A stretch of 64,000 nt of DNA from an uncultured Pseudomonadota bacterium (GTDB taxonomy: Bacteria; Vulcanimicrobiota; Vulcanimicrobiia; Eremiobacterales; Eremiobacteraceae). Positions 62,096 to 64,000 of this stretch are shown one piece after another. The stretch lies in contig CAVTNB010000001.1 in the NCBI GenBank assembly GCA_963736005.1, positions 32,001-96,000 on the forward strand. The letters are read 5' to 3'. The position numbers and the translations under genes were made by a program. The number at the start of each line of letters is the position of its first letter. Position 1 is the first letter of the stretch. The notes beneath the pieces were generated by a model, which ran no database searches, was not told the origin of the DNA, and saw only the letters and a list, made by a program, of their open reading frames with translations.

Positions 62096-62193
62096 AGCCA
62101 GTTTACAAGACCCTCACCAACCACCATCAGCAGGGCGATCAGGAACAGGCACCCGGAAACTTCCGAAACTTTCGCCCAGTCTAACCGCGTCAA
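61954..62193 (-). CDS. Small two-TM membrane protein
   Basis: Two hydrophobic helices. Confidence 0.45.
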   Translation of the reverse strand: MTRLDWAKVSEVSGCLFLIALLMVVGEGLVNWLHGHNEFGFVGRVFAAQAFLAFVMVFVAAIKSSGSRDRSHPDDSAPW

Positions 62194-62284
62194 CCTTCAC
62201 CCTTATGGTACATCGCTACGTCTCCTATTGGCCAGGGGCCGAGCACGCAGAGGGTGATAAGGCGATGGTCCGCAATTCCATTGG

Positions 62285-64000
62285 ATGCCTACTTCGAAAG
62301 CTACCTCGGTCTGCCCGGTTGTGACGCGTGAAGAACTCCTGTACTTGCTCACCAGAGCGTCCGAACTTGAGCACGATCTGGCCTGCGTGTATCTGTACGC
62401 GGGCTACTCGCTGAAGAATCATATTAATGAGGGCGGGGTCACACCGGAAGAACTAGAGACCGTCCGCACGTGGAAGCGTAAACTTGCTGGAGTTGCCATC
62501 GAGGAAATGCTCCACCTAGCGCAGGTGTCTAACATCTTGACCGCAGTTGGCGGCGCTCCACATTTTGCTCGCTCGAATTTTCCTTTGCCGGCGTCGACCT
62601 TTCCCTTCGGTATCGCGCTGACGCTCGAGCCATTCTCGCAGGCACTCATCGAACGCTTCGTGTGTTACGAGTTACCCGAAGACGGCGTTTTGCCGAAAGA
62701 TCGCGCTGCCTTTTATGAAGCGATTCGCTCGCACATCGCGGTGAGCTTCGATCAAGTCGAAGCGATTCGGGTTCAGAACGCGTTGGAACCATTCGACATT
62801 GATTTTCGAACGGTCGGTGAATTCTATCACAAGATCGAGACAGCGTTCCACCGCATGCCCCAGGAGCGCCTGTTTATAGGACCACCCGAGGCGCAAGCGA
62901 ATCCGAAATATCTTGACCTTGCCGACGAACTGGTAGAAGTGACGGATGCCGCCTCTGCACTTCGCGCCATTGAAATGATTGTGGAGCAAGGGGAATCGCC
63001 AACCAGCGAACACCCAGACGCCCATTTCGTCGTCTTTGATTCCATCCGCGGAGAATACGAAGAACTGTGCTCGCGCGCAAAAGCACAGGGAAGAGTTTTC
63101 GATCCGGTTCGTCCCTTAATCAGCAATCCGACGACTCGCGGCTACGCTGATGCACCCGGTTCGAATCGTATCACTGGCGCCGTGGCCCAAGAGCTGGCGG
63201 AGCTTTTCAACGAGGCATACGATCTGATGCTGGTCATGCTCCTGAGATTTTTTGCGCATGAAGGTGAAACTGAAGAGCAATTTCGGTTGCTTGCACGAGG
63301 CACGTTGCGCATCATGGCTTCCGTGCTTCGGCCGCTCGGTGAAGCCCTCGCAAAGACCCCAGCCGGACCTGAGTATCCGGGAAAGATGGCCGGACCTGGT
63401 TTTGGATTCAATCGCAGCGTTCATCTCTTATCGCATCGGCAATCGGCATGGATATACTTTCTGGAGCGGCTCTACGATTTGGCAACTCGATTGACGCGAC
63501 TGGCGGACGAGTCGACGATACCGGCCGAAGTGCAAGAGGCGGCGGCTGCCCTCGAATCGGTGGCGGAGTATCTCACGCCATTCATTCCACCCAACTTTGC
63601 CCAAACGATTCGCGACAGCGCGAGCGCGCAGAACGCGCGCGCTACCATTCGCCCCGAGCTCAATGGGCCGCTGATCGTCCGCAATTTACAAAAAATCACC
63701 AATTCGAAAGGCGAGACTCTACGAACTCGCCCAGTCGTGGCGTTGTGTCGGTGTGGAGGATCGAACCTCAAACCGTATTGCGACGGTACGCATGCGCGCA
63801 ACGGCTTTGCGAGCGCCAAATCGCCAAATCGAACGCCGGATATCTTGGATAGCTATGAGGGGAATGGAATCACTGTCCGCGACAATCGGGGCACGTGCTG
63901 TCACTTTGGGAACTGCACCGATCATCTGCCGCAGGTGTTTCACGCGTCAGGCGAACCATTTGTCACGGCTTTGGGAGCGGATGCGGATAGTATCGAGCGT
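62285..64000 (+). CDS. Ferritin-like (VioB-type) plus CDGSH plus divergent 4Fe-4S domain protein (runs off window; absent from ORF track)
   Basis: REELLYLLTRASELEH...YLYAGYSLK, IEEMLHL, IVEQGE; LCRCGGSNLKPYCDGTH; NRGTCCHFGNCTDHLPQVF. Confidence 0.85.
   Translation, partial: MPTSKATSVCPVVTREELLYLLTRASELEHDLACVYLYAGYSLKNHINEGGVTPEELETVRTWKRKLAGVAIEEMLHLAQVSNILTAVGGAPHFARSNFPLPASTFPFGIALTLEPFSQALIERFVCYELPEDGVLPKDRAAFYEAIRSHIAVSFDQVEAIRVQNALEPFDIDFRTVGEFYHKIETAFHRMPQERLFIGPPEAQANPKYLDLADELVEVTDAASALRAIEMIVEQGESPTSEHPDAHFVVFDSIRGEYEELCSRAKAQGRVFDPVRPLISNPTTRGYADAPGSNRITGAVAQELAELFNEAYDLMLVMLLRFFAHEGETEEQFRLLARGTLRIMASVLRPLGEALAKTPAGPEYPGKMAGPGFGFNRSVHLLSHRQSAWIYFLERLYDLATRLTRLADESTIPAEVQEAAAALESVAEYLTPFIPPNFAQTIRDSASAQNARATIRPELNGPLIVRNLQKITNSKGETLRTRPVVALCRCGGSNLKPYCDGTHARNGFASAKSPNRTPDILDSYEGNGITVRDNRGTCCHFGNCTDHLPQVFHASGEPFVTALGADADSIER

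Overview
Bacterial chromosomal window, about 60 CDS or CDS remnants. The Cys-rich TonB-dependent receptors and cyclase-NTPase-TPR protein suggest an Eremiobacterota/WPS-2-like soil bacterium (inference only). Main highlights: (1) an exported BCP-type peroxiredoxin with an in-frame UGA at the catalytic Cys position and a SECIS-like hairpin, so probably a selenoprotein; (2) a co-oriented cluster of Usp, ba3-type oxidase (cbaD/B/A), a soluble CuA-type cupredoxin, a Cyc2-like cytochrome-porin, a two-component system and a His-rich membrane protein, which looks like an outer-membrane-to-O2 electron-uptake (possibly Fe(II)-oxidation) module; (3) a tRNA-Asp(GTC) integration hotspot with three tandem, decayed islands bounded by tRNA 3'-end duplications and GTGTAGCATAA arm-type repeats, carrying mntR-mntH, a PAS-GGDEF-EAL/CRP locus and a dead tyrosine integrase; (4) GTAG/GTGG-type REP palindromes in the first 10 kb; (5) a ferritin-like/CDGSH/4Fe-4S fusion running off the right end. 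Several genes (hpnJ, second TonB receptor, araC, GGDEF-EAL, crp, amino-acid permease) carry frameshifts that may be sequencing errors. All family calls come from motif recognition by eye, not from database searches.
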